Origin: Takakia lepidozioides
Lineage: Eukaryota > Plantae > Bryophyta
Length of the DNA: 64,000 bases
Direction: 5' to 3'
NCBI GenBank assembly: GCA_030704615.1
Contig: CM060734.1
Coordinates: 55,490,001-55,554,000 of the forward strand
Every line of letters starts with the position of its first letter. Positions within the stretch are counted from its first letter, which is position 1. The notes beneath the pieces were generated by a model. It was not told where the DNA came from, did not search any database, and saw only the letters and a list, made by a program, of their open reading frames with translations. The position numbers and the translations under genes were made by a program. Shown here one piece after another: positions 48,200 through 60,227 of the stretch.

Positions 48200-51170
48200 T
48201 GCAGGGGTTTGTCATGGATACCACTGTACCCCTTCAACTTATTTGCATTGACTCTTCCCAGCATTTCTTTGTTAATGGTTTGTAACATGACGGTGTTGTT
48301 ATCATACATCTTTTGTATGACATAAGGTTTCCACGGTGATTTAAGCTTAGAAGCTTGAATCTTTCCTTTCTTCTGCAACCATAGAACCAAATCCCCCGTC
48401 TTAAAAGTCTTTAACTTGTCTTCATCAAACTGTTCCTTTCGCTTCATCTGAATTCTGGTCATATTATCAGCTGCATCAGCACGTACTTCTTCCACATGGT
48501 ATAATTCATGTTTCCTGACCTTGATGGAGTCTTGCAATTCCATTCTTTTTCCCCACTCCGTTCTCATGGTAGGTAACAGGAATTCCACTGGAAGTAAGGC
48601 TTCCATACCATAAACTAATTGGAATGGTGTATACTTAGTGGTGACTTTATATGAAGTCTTGTATGACCACAAAGCTGTCAGCAGCTTCGTATCCCAATCC
48701 GTTCTGTTTGCATTGACTATCTTAGCCAAGATAGTACATAGTATTTTGTTGGTAGCCTCTGCCTGCCCATTACCCTATGGGTAATATGTTGTACTCTTTC
48801 TATGCACAATCATAAACTCTTTAGTCAACAACTCAATGGTCTCATTCATGAAGTGACTTCCTTGATCACTGATAAATTCTAAGGGACAGCCAAATCGTGT
48901 AAGTATGTTCTCGTACAGGAACCTTGCTGTGGACTTGGCTGTGTTGTCCCTCAAAGCTTTAGCTTCCACCCATTTGTAGTATAATCAGTGGCTGTAATTA
49001 TGTACCTGTTTCGTGTATTCTTGGATGGTGGGTTAATTGGTCCAACAAAGTCTAGTCCCCATTTCTGAAATGGTTCCGTAGGCATTGTAGGATGCAAGGC
49101 CATCCTTCCAGATCTCTGCAAAGGTCCTAGCCTCTGACATTCATCACACTTCTGACAATACTCGTGTACATCTTTGAACAAAGTAGGCCACCAGTATCCT
49201 GCGAGTAGTATCTTTCTACTGGTAGTCTCTTCTCCAAAATGACCTCCAGCCACTCCTTTATGAACTTCCGCCAAAACTTTATTTACTTCATGGTGGTACA
49301 AGTATCGTTTTAGTACTCCATCAGGTCCTAACTTATACATTCTGCTTCCTACCATAGTATAAGGTAAAGCTTTGATAGCGATTCTCTTCCTCTGCTCCTT
49401 ACCATAACTAGGTGGGCACTGACCATGAGCAAGGTAGTATCTGATTGGCCACTGCCAATCTAAACCAGTCATCTGCACTCCCCTGCACCTCCACTGCAAA
49501 GAGACTCGCATCTGGTAATTGATCATCTATTCCTGTGGCTGGTTCTCCTGTTGACAATCGTGACAAATGATCCGCCACAAGATGCAGTCTCCCAGGCTTG
49601 TAAACAACCTCGAACTCAAACTCGTGCAAGATTATCAACCATCTTGCTATTCTTCCGCTTATCAGAGGTTTGTTTACCAGGTATATCAGAGCCTGGTGAT
49701 CCACATAGAACTTCCGCTTATCAGAGGTTTGTTTACCAGGTATATCAGAGCCTGGTGATCCACATAGAACATAAACTTCTTGCCCAACAGGTAATGCCTG
49801 AATTTCTTCACTGCATAGATCATTGCCAATGCTTCTCTTTCCGTTGTGCTATAGTTCCTCTCAGCACTGTTCATCAACCGGCTAGCATAGTACACAGGTG
49901 AATCTATATTCCCTGTAACATTCTGGGCTAACACCGCTCCCAACGCTTCTCCCGATGCATCGCAGTGAACATGGAATACTACATGCCAGTGAGGGTTAAT
50001 CAGCACAGGTGTAGTTGTTACTGACAGTGTAAGTTCCTCAAATGCCTGTTGACATTCAGCTGTCCAGGCAAACACTGCATCTTTCTTCAGTAGTTTGCTC
50101 AATGGTGCTGCTATTTGTGCATACCTTTTGACAAATCTCCTGTAATAACTGGTTTGCCCAAGGAATCTCCGTAGACTTTTAACATTCACTGGTGGTGGAG
50201 AGGCTTTAATGGACTCTGTCTTTCTGGGATCCACAAGGAGTCCCTTCTTACACACAATGTGTCCCAGAAGCACCCCTGAGTTCACACAGAAAGTACACTT
50301 CTCTGGATTCAGGCCCAGACCTCTCATCCTGCATCTGGCCAAACATAACTCCAATTTATGCAAGTGCTCACTCTTAGAGCTGTACACACTGAAATCATCC
50401 AAGAATACCTGCATGAAATCATCCAGATACTCATGAAAAGATTCACTTATCACTCTCTGAAAGGTCGCTGGTGCATTACAAAGTCCAAAGGGCATGACTT
50501 TGTATGCATAAGCCCCCCAGTCTGTGATGAAAGCGGTTTTCCCTTGGTCTTCTTCTGCCACTTGCACTTGATTATAACCACTAAAGCCATCCATGAATGA
50601 GTACATCTCATGGCCTGCCACAGTGTCTAATACTGCTTCTGTGAATGGCAAAGGGAAAGGATCTTTCTTCGTACAAGCATTCAGCTTCTTATAGTTCACA
50701 CATACTCTTAGTTTGCCATTCTTCTTGGGAACTATAACAATGGGTGACAACCAAGTTGTATACTCTATTGGGTATATAAACTTAGCCTCAGCCAACTTAT
50801 TTATCTCTTCTCCAACCTTCTGTGCGTAGTTGGGATTCATTCTATACCTCGCCTGCTTGATTGGTACTGACCCTGGTTCCAGTTCAATCTTATGTTGACA
50901 GACTTCAGGTGGTATCCCTTTTAGATCCTCATAGCTCCAAGCAAATACATCTCTGTATTTGATGAACAAGCTTTTAGCTTCTTTGAAGAATTCCGGCTCC
51001 AAATCAGCTCCTACTTTCACCATCCTCGGTTCCTCTTTAGTTCCCACATTTACTTCTCTCACCTGCTCATCAGCTGTGATTGTCCAACCAGTCACCACTT
51101 CATCCTGTAAGCTCACAGTGGCTGGTTCTTCTAGGATTTCTATTTCTCCTTCTCTTTCTTCATAGAAATG
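48200..51170 (-). pseudogene. pol: RT, RNase H, integrase (frameshifted)
   Basis: VPKKNGKLRVCVNYKKLN, FMDGFSGYNQV, FLDDFSVY, HCDASGEALGAVL, GGHFG..YWWPT..C..C, WGLDFVGP, ISDQGSHF. Confidence 0.95.
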
Positions 51171-51207
51171 TGATGGGTAAATGCTGGTTTAAAAGCCGCG
51201 CGACATT

Positions 51208-51225
51208 TGGCGACCATACTGGGGA
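51208..51225 (+). promoter_or_regulatory. PBS (tRNA-Arg-like), displaced and inverted
   Basis: TGGCGACCATACTGGGGA follows TAAAAGCCGCGCGACA (51190-51205), which matches the LTR 3' tip missing from the 5' LTR. Confidence 0.8.
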
Positions 51226-51813
51226 GCTGGGATATGAACAACCAGATGTGACAGGCATCTGGTGGGATCATGGTGGTTGGACCATTAAAGAATTTGAAGT
51301 GAATCAAATTCCCTGTGGAACGAAGGAAGAAAGATTGTCCAAACAATTCTTTCAAAGGTTCTTGGAATTGCCAGACGGTTGTAAAGAAAATATTCTTAAA
51401 CGAGTGCATGATGCTGATCCAGAATGGGGTCTGGAGAAAGGAGTGATAAAGATTTATCAGGTAGCCTGTAGAGGAAGAGCACGTTGGTTACCAACATTGG
51501 TTTATGTGATAGCATTGATATCCATTAAACGAGTAGAGTTTGAAGGCTGGGAAGAAGAAAAGGTGAATGTTTATACTCATATGCATGAAGAGCTTGTACT
51601 GGTAAAGAATTGGATTCCAAAGGATATTTGTGGATCAAACTCACACCAAGAACAGCTTTTCAGACTTGTTTGCCATATGGTTATATGGTAACGGAGACTT
51701 CAAGTATAGCCAATGGTGCATTGAAGCTTGAAAGAAACCCAGGCATATACGAGAGATATTACAGAAGAGAGTTTTGGTTATTGCCACATTAAAAGAAATG
51801 AAAGACATGGGAC

Positions 51814-54560
51814 ATGAGTGATGAAAGAGAAGCTAGACGACAGAGATATTCAGCAAAAAGAGAAAGCTATCTGAAAGCTAATTATCCATATCTTTGGGAG
51901 AGAGGAATAGACATAGGGGAATCATCTGGACCTCTCACACCATTAAGATCAAAGAGTGCATCACCTATACCGGAAGAACTAGAGTTGGATGCCACTCCTT
52001 CTGTTTCTTTGCAAGAAAGATTAAGGGAATTGGTACAGGAAGAAGATCAATCACGAGGTGAAAGATCTGAGGTACATCCTTGGATAAAAGACTTGACAGA
52101 AATCTTTGATAAGAGTTGGCATGGAACACCAAAAGCAGGAACTCCAGTTTCTGAAGCAGAAGGTGAAGAAGGAGAAGAGGATGTGGCAGAGTCAACGGAG
52201 AGTTCAGACTCTCCAACACCATTACAGTTGAGTTACATGAGTGAAGAAGAAACCCAAGGGCAGAACTTGGAGGATGAAAACAGAGAGAAGAAATTAGAAG
52301 AGGAAGAATATGAAGAAGTAGACCCAACAGCTGAGGTTGAGACTACAACCAGGACATCCCAACCCGTTGGACCTGGATCTAGTGGAGCACTTGGATCACA
52401 GGCCAACGAAGGTGTCGGCTCAGGGGGATCAGGCGGGCTGCCTGGATCTGGCTCTGGGGGGATAGGGAGTGTGGGAAGTAGTGCAACTGAAGCTGGGAAT
52501 ACTGTGAATATCGTGGAGCCAGAAGCAAGGAGTGCTCAAGGGCCACCACTTGGTGGAAGATCCACCACAAAAACAACAGGTCCAGAAGGACCAGCACCAG
52601 CAAGGGTGCCAGCACCTGTCAGTGGGCAGAGGGTAGGGCCACAGATGGCGTTACCCAACACGGGCAAAACCACCCTTCCAATATATTCAGGAAAAGGGGA
52701 TCCCGATGTACACATTAGCCAATTTGAGCACATGTGTATAGTGAACAATGAGAATGGCGATGATGCCAAGATGAGACTGTTTCCTTGTTCACTTATCAAG
52801 AAAGCAAGTGAATGGTATGCAAGATTCCCTGATAATCATTTCCTAACCTGGAATGGCTTGAATACAGCATTTCGAAATAGGTTCAGGACAAGTAAAACTG
52901 AGGATGAAGTGTATGGAAGTTTACAACAGCTGAATCAGAAGAAGCATGAAACTGTTGAAGAGTATATGGAGAAGATGGAATTGATGATGAAAAAGCTGGC
53001 TGCAGTACCAGCGCCCGGTTTACAGAAGACTTGGTTTGTGAGTGGATTAAGACCAGAGTTGCAAAAGAAAGTGGATATGTTACCCCATAATACAGTGGAG
53101 GAGGCATTTGAAACTGCGAACACAATTGAGCAATTGGGAATGCTCAGGAGAGAGAAAAAGAAGATGAGGACTCTGAGGATGAGTCAGATGAAGAAGAAGA
53201 GCAAGAACTAAAAAGAAAGAGTAAGAGAAAGGAGAAGTTGAAGTTGAAGAGGATAACTATGAAAAAAATTGGAAGAAATCTTGAAGAAGTATGCCACAGA
53301 GGCTGCAACACATTGGAGGAAGGGTGTATGGTGTGCAAAGTGCCAGAATGAAGGCCATACCACCACAGAATGCCACATGAAGGAGAAACACTGTACTATC
53401 TGTAAAATGGATAACCATTCTACTGAGAATTGTTACTACAACAGAAGGACAGCTGCAAGAGAACCTAGGCAAGTAAGGGTGCATCAGGTGCAGCCCCAGC
53501 CAAGAAGAAACAATGATCAGGACCACTATGGTAGGTCTGGTGGTTATAACAATGGCATGGAATGGAGAGGTAATTCAAGAGGGAATTACCAAGGAAATTC
53601 CAGAGGCAACTATCAGGGTAATCCAAGGGGGAATTACCAGCCCGGGAATCAGGATTATAGAAATAATCCAAGAACAGACCAAGGGCGAGGACCCAATGGT
53701 GAAGAGCTATGTTACTATTGTAATCAGCCAGGACATCGCAAGGCAGCCTGTTCATTCTGGATAAGACACCAGAATGAGATGAGAGCTCCTGTGAATGAGG
53801 GCCCAGTGGTGGCAGCTCACATGGTTAGCCATGTGTTGTACCAGAAGTAAGTACAATGATAGTAACAAGAAGTAAAGCCAAACTAATACCTCCAGTAGTA
53901 GAAGAGGAAGAAGATGAGAATGGAAGTGGCAATGATATGCCTGAAGATGAAGAGACTTGGAAAGATGAGAAGGAACTGCACAAGGAAATGGCAGATACTA
54001 TAAGGGAAAAATGCAAGAGTAATGATATTCCTGTGGCAGATTCCTCTGATTTGGATGGAGAAAAAGAAGGGAGTGAGGAAGAAGGAAAAAAGAAGATGCA
54101 GACATGCAAAGTAATGAAGAGACTTTGGCTGAAGTAATATGTCAGACCAAAGCAGAAATTACCATTGGACAGCTATTAGCTGTGGCACCTTATTGTAGGC
54201 ACAGGCTGTATCAAGCAATCAATCGAATTGCCCAAGAGACGGGAAACACAGACCTGAACAACAAGGTGACCAGTTATAATGTGAAGCCGGAAGGGCGAGA
54301 AACAGTCATGGACTTTGATGATTCTATGCCAGTAATCCAATTGAGAATTGGAAGCACAGAACTAACTGATGTATTGATAGATGGTGGTTCTGGAGTAAAT
54401 ATCATGACAGACCAATTAAGGAAGAAGCTTGGTCTAAGTAACATGAAACCAGCCCCATTTACAGTAACAATGGTAGATCAAAGAAGTGTACAGCCATTGG
54501 GATTAATAAGAGGAGTTAAGATACAGATACAGAAAATGATCTTTATGATCACAGTAACTG
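51814..54560 (+). pseudogene. gag and protease N-part of the same element (inverted block)
   Basis: LPIYSGKGDPDVHISQFE, LFPCSL..KASEWY, NQKKHETVEEY, FVSGL; three CCHC knuckles; protease VLIDGGSGVNIM; frameshifts near 53170, 53850, 54100. Confidence 0.92.
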
Positions 54561-55453
54561 CCCATCCCTTCGCTATTCGAGGCGGAAACTCCAAGATAGA
54601 AGAGTTGGAAATCTCTAAGTACTCAGCCCGCGCAAAACAATCAGTCATGACCTACAGCTAGTGTATCATGGGGGTGTTTCCTATTTGTTTCCCTTTTGGT
54701 ATTCATGTTAGCTATCTTACCATTGATAATTAAGTATTCCATCAGCTCATCCATTCATTTCACAGCTTCACTCAGATCACTCTACACAGTGTGATTGTAT
54801 CGTAAAAGTATCCGATTATGATTTATCAGGTATCAGGCCGAAACCATTGTGTCTCTAATCTGCTCTACAATATCATTACAGCCTTGCATATATCAAGCAT
54901 CTACTCATCATCTCTCTATCTTCACTTCCGTTCTTCATCTCTGCCCGATCCCCTCTCCTTCATGACCAAGAAGTCCTTCTCCGAATGATCCCCCTCAATT
55001 CCCCGTTTCTCCCTTTATCTTCCTATCCGCGGTTCTAACCGTTTCCCTCACTAACCGTCGTCTGTGAACTAACATGTTCCCTTCGCAGGTGTTTGTTCCC
55101 ACAGTCGTTCCCTGTCCTACTCTTCGTTCCCTATGATCGTGACAGCTGTGTCAAGCTGTGACTGGCTGTGTGAAACTGTGACGGGCTGTGACTGGCTGTG
55201 CGACTGTGTTTGGCTGTGTCGGGCTGTGACTGGCTGTGTGGCTGTGCCAGGCTGTGTCGGCTGTGTCGGCTGTGTCTGCTATGACGACTGTGACGGGCTG
55301 TGTTGGCTGTGACGACTGTGACGGGCTGTGTAACCCCCCTCTACAGTGCGCTGCTGTCACCCCTAAGGCTCCTGTTGGTCTCAGTCTGTGCAAAAATTAA
55401 GGGTACCCTACAGATCCCGTATAAGTGTCTAAGTCCCCGACAGTCCTCTAACA
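54561..55453 (-). repeat. 5' LTR lacking its last 20 nt
   Basis: Matches 42572-43504 apart from a few substitutions and small indels. Confidence 0.96.
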
Positions 55454-57801
55454 GTCCCTTGGATCATATGTGACGCCCGGGATTGCTGCTTCGGTCGTTG
55501 AAGACAAGAAGGAGGTGGTGGTGAAAAAAAAACAGACGTCCTCCACTCCAATCGTTGAGCTTTCGAATTCGTCCGATGATGACATAAGTGAAATTCCAAA
55601 TCCAGTCCTTCCTACTGTGGTTGGAGAAGCTGATGAAGAAGAGATTTGTAGTATCATTCCAAAACTACGGGCAATGGGAGGAATGGCTGGATTCAAAAGT
55701 GAGTTGCGAGGAATTGATTGGGAATCTTTGAAGCAGGTGCCTGTGAAGTTCTTGCCAGAGACTTTTGATGGCGATATCCTATTCGAGCTGCCTCCTCCTC
55801 TGCGAGTTGGAGGTATAACAATCATGATGCATGGAATGGACAAGAAACACGACGGGCACCCGTGGTGCAGAACAAAAACATCCAATATTCAGAATGATGA
55901 CAAGCTTGTTTTCAGGATAACAGTTTGCAATGGACACCTTAGGTGTGATAATTTGAATTGCAGACACTTTCTTCAGTCTGGGGTTCATAATCAAAGCGAA
56001 TGGGAGGGTCTGGCGGAAAATCCATTTCAACCTGGGACTGCCCCACCACCGGTAAACACTTTCGTCTGCAAATTCTGCAAACTTGTGTCATCCTGCTTGG
56101 CGCTCTGCGGAGCAAGAATGTATTATGTTGTCCACCGTTTGAAAACAATGACAAGAGCTTGTGTGCATTTCGGATTCCATAACCATCCTGTCTCGAAGGG
56201 GGATTACAGGGAGAGTGTTGAGACAATATCGATGTTGATTAAACAGGAGTTCGGGAGAAACCCATCCGCAACAACATCTGCAATTGCTCTTGGCACAAGC
56301 AAGTCCTTCTTGGAAAGCCATATTTTGAGTGAAGGGGATTCTGTGGGGACTAAACTTGACGGTGCAGCATTGGACCTGGTCATGGATCATTTCTCCACTT
56401 TGAGTTCACCTAACATTCGGCATAAGATCAATGCATTAAGAATGAGCTCTGGTATCAGAGGCTACATAGACAACATTTTGGAATTGAAACGAGTGAGCAA
56501 GTACGATTACATCCAGGACAATGTATTCCCAGGTCAAGGTGCCATCAAAGTTTTTCTTTTCAAAATGTCGACTGTTGGGGAGGGCAGTGGGGTTAGCCTC
56601 GTGAAGCGGATGCAGAAGACTGGGGACTTGCAGAATTGTTTTCTTATATTTGATCATGTGAAACGAGTGAAGGATTGGACGACAATGGCTTGTCATGTCT
56701 ACGATCCAATGTACCAACGAGTTATGACAATTGCAGTTTGTGACATGCAATCCGAGGATACGGAATCCCAGAAGCTCATGTGGAATTCCCTGATACGTGT
56801 CATGGGCTGCCATGGGGTGTCATCTCCAAATTTCGCAAGTTTCATGGCGGATAGTGCTCAAGCAAATTTCAATGTTGTTCGTATTGTCTTCGGATCGGGC
56901 GACCCAAAAGTGTCAATGTGAGGAAGAGAGCGTACATGTCTATTCCATTGGACACAATCTCTGAAAAAATATACAAAGTCGGACATCAAACCAGAGATGC
57001 AGACTCAGCACCGTAAATTGTGCAAAGAGTACAAAGATGCTAGAACAATGAAGGAGGCGGACTCTTTGTTCCAGACAATTCGTGCCTGGTGGTTCTCTTC
57101 TGGAGCTGCATCACTTGAGAGTATGAGAGCATTGGAAGATTGGCTGGCGTTTTGGCACTTCCGGTATAGGTAGTGGGGAGCAGCCATGGCAGTGGTACGA
57201 GGCTTATATTTCTTGCTTTATTCATACATTTACTTTTCATTTTATTGTCTCCTTGCTTTCTTTATGTTGTTTCCTGTTCACTGTTTTGAAGTGTGGTTCT
57301 CCACTTTGCAGAACATGTCCATTGAGGAAATGGTGGACATGTCATCTTGCAATTTGGCAGAAACTGTGCACAACGCATGGTTGCAACAGTCTGGGAAACG
57401 AGGTCGGGATTTGTATGTGGCAACAACAGATGATTTGATACGTGCCTTGCAACAACAAACCCGATACCGTGATTTCTTGCGAGGTGGGGTTGGTGGCAAG
57501 GGTCCGGACAAATGGGAGTTGATGTTGCGTGCTGCAAACAGATCTGGGGATCCAATCAAGATAGCACGGGCGGTGAGCATGTATGCCCAGGGAACGCCAC
57601 TTGTTTCTAGAGTTCTACATCTTGAAGGGGAGGAGAGATTCGGCTCCTGTAAGAGGAAATTGAACACTCCACCTGGTTCGGATTCCGATTCGCACAGGGC
57701 AGACCGTGATAACTTCTCGAAGCCTCGTGTTCCCCTGCATGACAGCTCCATGTCCGGAACCTCCATTCTGGAGGAACCGCCAACACGACGGCAAGCTCCA
57801 G

Positions 57802-58769
57802 CCTGGGGGGTGCACTATTTATAAAATGTCTGTATCACGTGCGTTCGCCGCCTAATTAAGAAACCCCCTGTATACGGGTCCTTGGATCATTTATACCCCC
57901 TCTGTACATATATTTTGAAGATTATAAAACCCCCTCCTGTAAATATATAGAAATTTATAATTTTTAAAAAGTAACCCCTACTGTATGTATATTTCCCTTT
58001 TCAATAATTAAAAATACCCTCAAATATGTATATGTATGGTTTTATATTATATCAAGTTTATTCATTTAAAAATAGAACAAAATCTAATTAATTAATTAAA
58101 AAAATTTGTGATCAAAGATCGTTGAGGCATTCTGTTGAACACTTGGTGAGCATCAATGATGCTCCCGCACATAACATACATGTTGACAAGGGTGTTGAGT
58201 AGAAAAACATTTGATGTGAATCCACTTTGGATGATGTGAGTATGCACCTGTTGTCCAACTTCCAGACCTTCCATCTTGATGCACTTTTGAGAAACCACCA
58301 CAAAATGGCCTGCTAAGACCAAGCTCACTCTCCCCTAAACCTTGTAAACATCAGGAAGAATACCATGCCCTGTGGAGAGGAGGGGAGAGGAGAGGAGGGA
58401 AAAGAGAAAGCCCGCGGAAGGGAAGGCGATCGCGGGAGAGGAGTGGAGAGGAGATGAGAGGAGGAGAGGGAAAAGAGAAAGCCGCGGGAGGGAAGGGGAG
58501 AAAGATCACGGAGAGAGAAAAAAAAAAAAAAAAACAAAAAACAAACAAAAGGAAGATCTCGCGATTTGATCTCACAATGCGTCGTAGCCTAAACGTTGCT
58601 CTTACCACTACACTACCCCTTAAAACTCAACAACCCCCTCCTGTAAAATTATATTTAAGATGTTTCAAACCCCCCTTTGTATGTATAATGTTGTACATGG
58701 GGGGGTTTAAAATATCCCCTCCTGTGCACGCACGTGGCTAGTACATTTAATGAGGAGTGCACCCCCAGG
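57802..58769. mobile_element. 968-bp non-autonomous pack-type TIR element, 8-bp TSD
   Basis: TSD AGCTCCAG at 57794-57801 and 58770-58777; ~40-bp imperfect TIR CCTGGGGG(G)TGCACT...CACGTGCG; subterminal AACCCCC(TCC)TGTA repeats. Confidence 0.93.
58110..58320 (-). pseudogene. Captured PLS-class PPR fragment
   Basis: LEVGQQVHTHIIQSGFTSNVFLLNTLVNMYVMCGSIIDAHQVFNRMPQR (L and S motifs). Confidence 0.9.
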
Positions 58770-60084
58770 AGCTCCAGCATCAAACAATGTCACTGAAATG
58801 GTGCAGGAGAGAAACAACCCCCTTGATGTGCTTGAGTCCGCATTGCCCCGACCACGTTTGGCACATAGAACGCACAGTGCAGGGTCTCGTGTGAAATGTA
58901 CAGCGATCAGGGCAACTAATTTCGAGAAGTGCACTTCATCTATATCCAGAGGTGGCGCCCGAACTCCTGCTCCGACTTTCACGGGTTTGATGCGTCCATA
59001 CGGTCAACCAGAAGCCAAGAACCACAAGTTCTGGTTCTGCGCAGATGATTGTGTCAGATGTGTGCATGAACTGTGCGTCCTTCCGTAATGATGAAGCATC
59101 TCCTCCACCGTTTGGCCGTGAAGGTGGGAACACATCTCAGATTTCAGGAGATTGAAATGTTGAGGAGGCAAGCTTTTTCCCTTGCGAGACAACCCAACTC
59201 CATGCATGTGCTTACTACTTCTGCGTCCGCCCAGGTCCCCCCGGCAATCCTAACTTGTGGCCAACCAAACGAGATGGAAAGCTCATTCGCGTTTCCCTCA
59301 ACCGCTGAACACTCTTTGGCAAAGTGGAGTCCGCAAGAATGCTCCAAGCTCGTGGTTGGAAGCACCTGGAAGTGCCCGACCAGGATATGGTCGGGTATTC
59401 ACAATCATCACTTCCACATCTGATGTTCATGACATGACCTACGACATCACGGTTTCCAATTTCCCCAATTGCACATGTCCTGATTTTGTGAATATGCTAT
59501 CAACCAGTTTGGGGCAAAAGAGGTAAATTCATACCCTGCAAACATTTGTATTTCATATTTTTGAAGAGGATGGTTTGCGATCCCAAACGTGACAACTTCA
59601 TTCACCAGGCCACTATGAGTTTCAACGAGGTCGATACTCTATTGCAGCGGGATACAATATCAACTATGCAAGTGGTATGTGGAGACCATGATTTGAAATG
59701 TGTAATTCACATCAATTCGTCGGCGGGCAATGATATGGCCTCCAACTATACTGAGTGAGCTCTGAGTGACAACTTTTAAAAGCACATTTGTCATTGCACC
59801 CGTTCGAAGTCTACATGTCTTGTTGATGCACTACAATCATCTTTTGAAGATGATCCTAACTCTCATTGTTATTGAGGGAGGAGGAAGGTCTTCCCGTGGC
59901 AGCCTCTATGGCGCACACTTTGTGAGGATATTTTACGTCCTCGTAATTTGTAAAAGTGAAAAAAAGCATTTGTAATTGCACAAGTTGGATGTTACAATTG
60001 TAGGCCTCATGGTATCTTGAGTCTATTTAGGCACGATTCCTGGCATTAATTCCACGGTCATAGGACCATCCTCGCTTATAGGCG

Positions 60085-60227
60085 ACGCATGTTAATGCGG
60101 ATGTGGCAGATGACGGACAGTGCCACGTCATCATTTGTCGCCACATCAGCATGCTGAAATGACGCTCACGACACGTCACTCCTGCATCAGCGTACGCTCA
60201 CGCCATTGCGTCGTTGCTCCGCCTTGG
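60085..60227. mobile_element. Probable right terminus of the MULE-type element
   Basis: ACGT/TGACG-rich block ending ...GCTCCGCCTTGG, abutting LINE coding sequence; no left partner found. Confidence 0.5.

Larger units (their letters stand above)
42552..55453 (-). mobile_element. 12.9-kb non-chromovirus gypsy element (Athila/Tat/Ogre-like) with an internal inversion
   Basis: TSD GTCCC at 42547-42551 and 55454-55458; TG...CA ends; two near-identical LTRs; PPT, PBS, gag, protease, RT, RNase H, integrase. Confidence 0.96.
42362..59690 (+). pseudogene. MULE-type transposase with GCM/WRKY-like Zn domain and SWIM finger, split by two insertions (pieces 42362-42551, 55459-57801, 58778-~59690)
   Basis: Frame restored across both TSDs (EPRRKS|LGSYVTPG; RQAPA|SNNVTEM); DGHPW..CNGHLRC..C..CKFC..C..HFGFHNHP; FDHVKR, FMADSAQAN, CLFHW, CNLAETVH; SWIM NCTCPDF...PCKHLYFI; intron 57195-57311. 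Confidence 0.88.

Noticed and set aside
58715-58745. Helitron 3' end (hairpin plus CTAG)
   Set aside because: Better explained as part of a TIR with a matching left end and an 8-bp TSD
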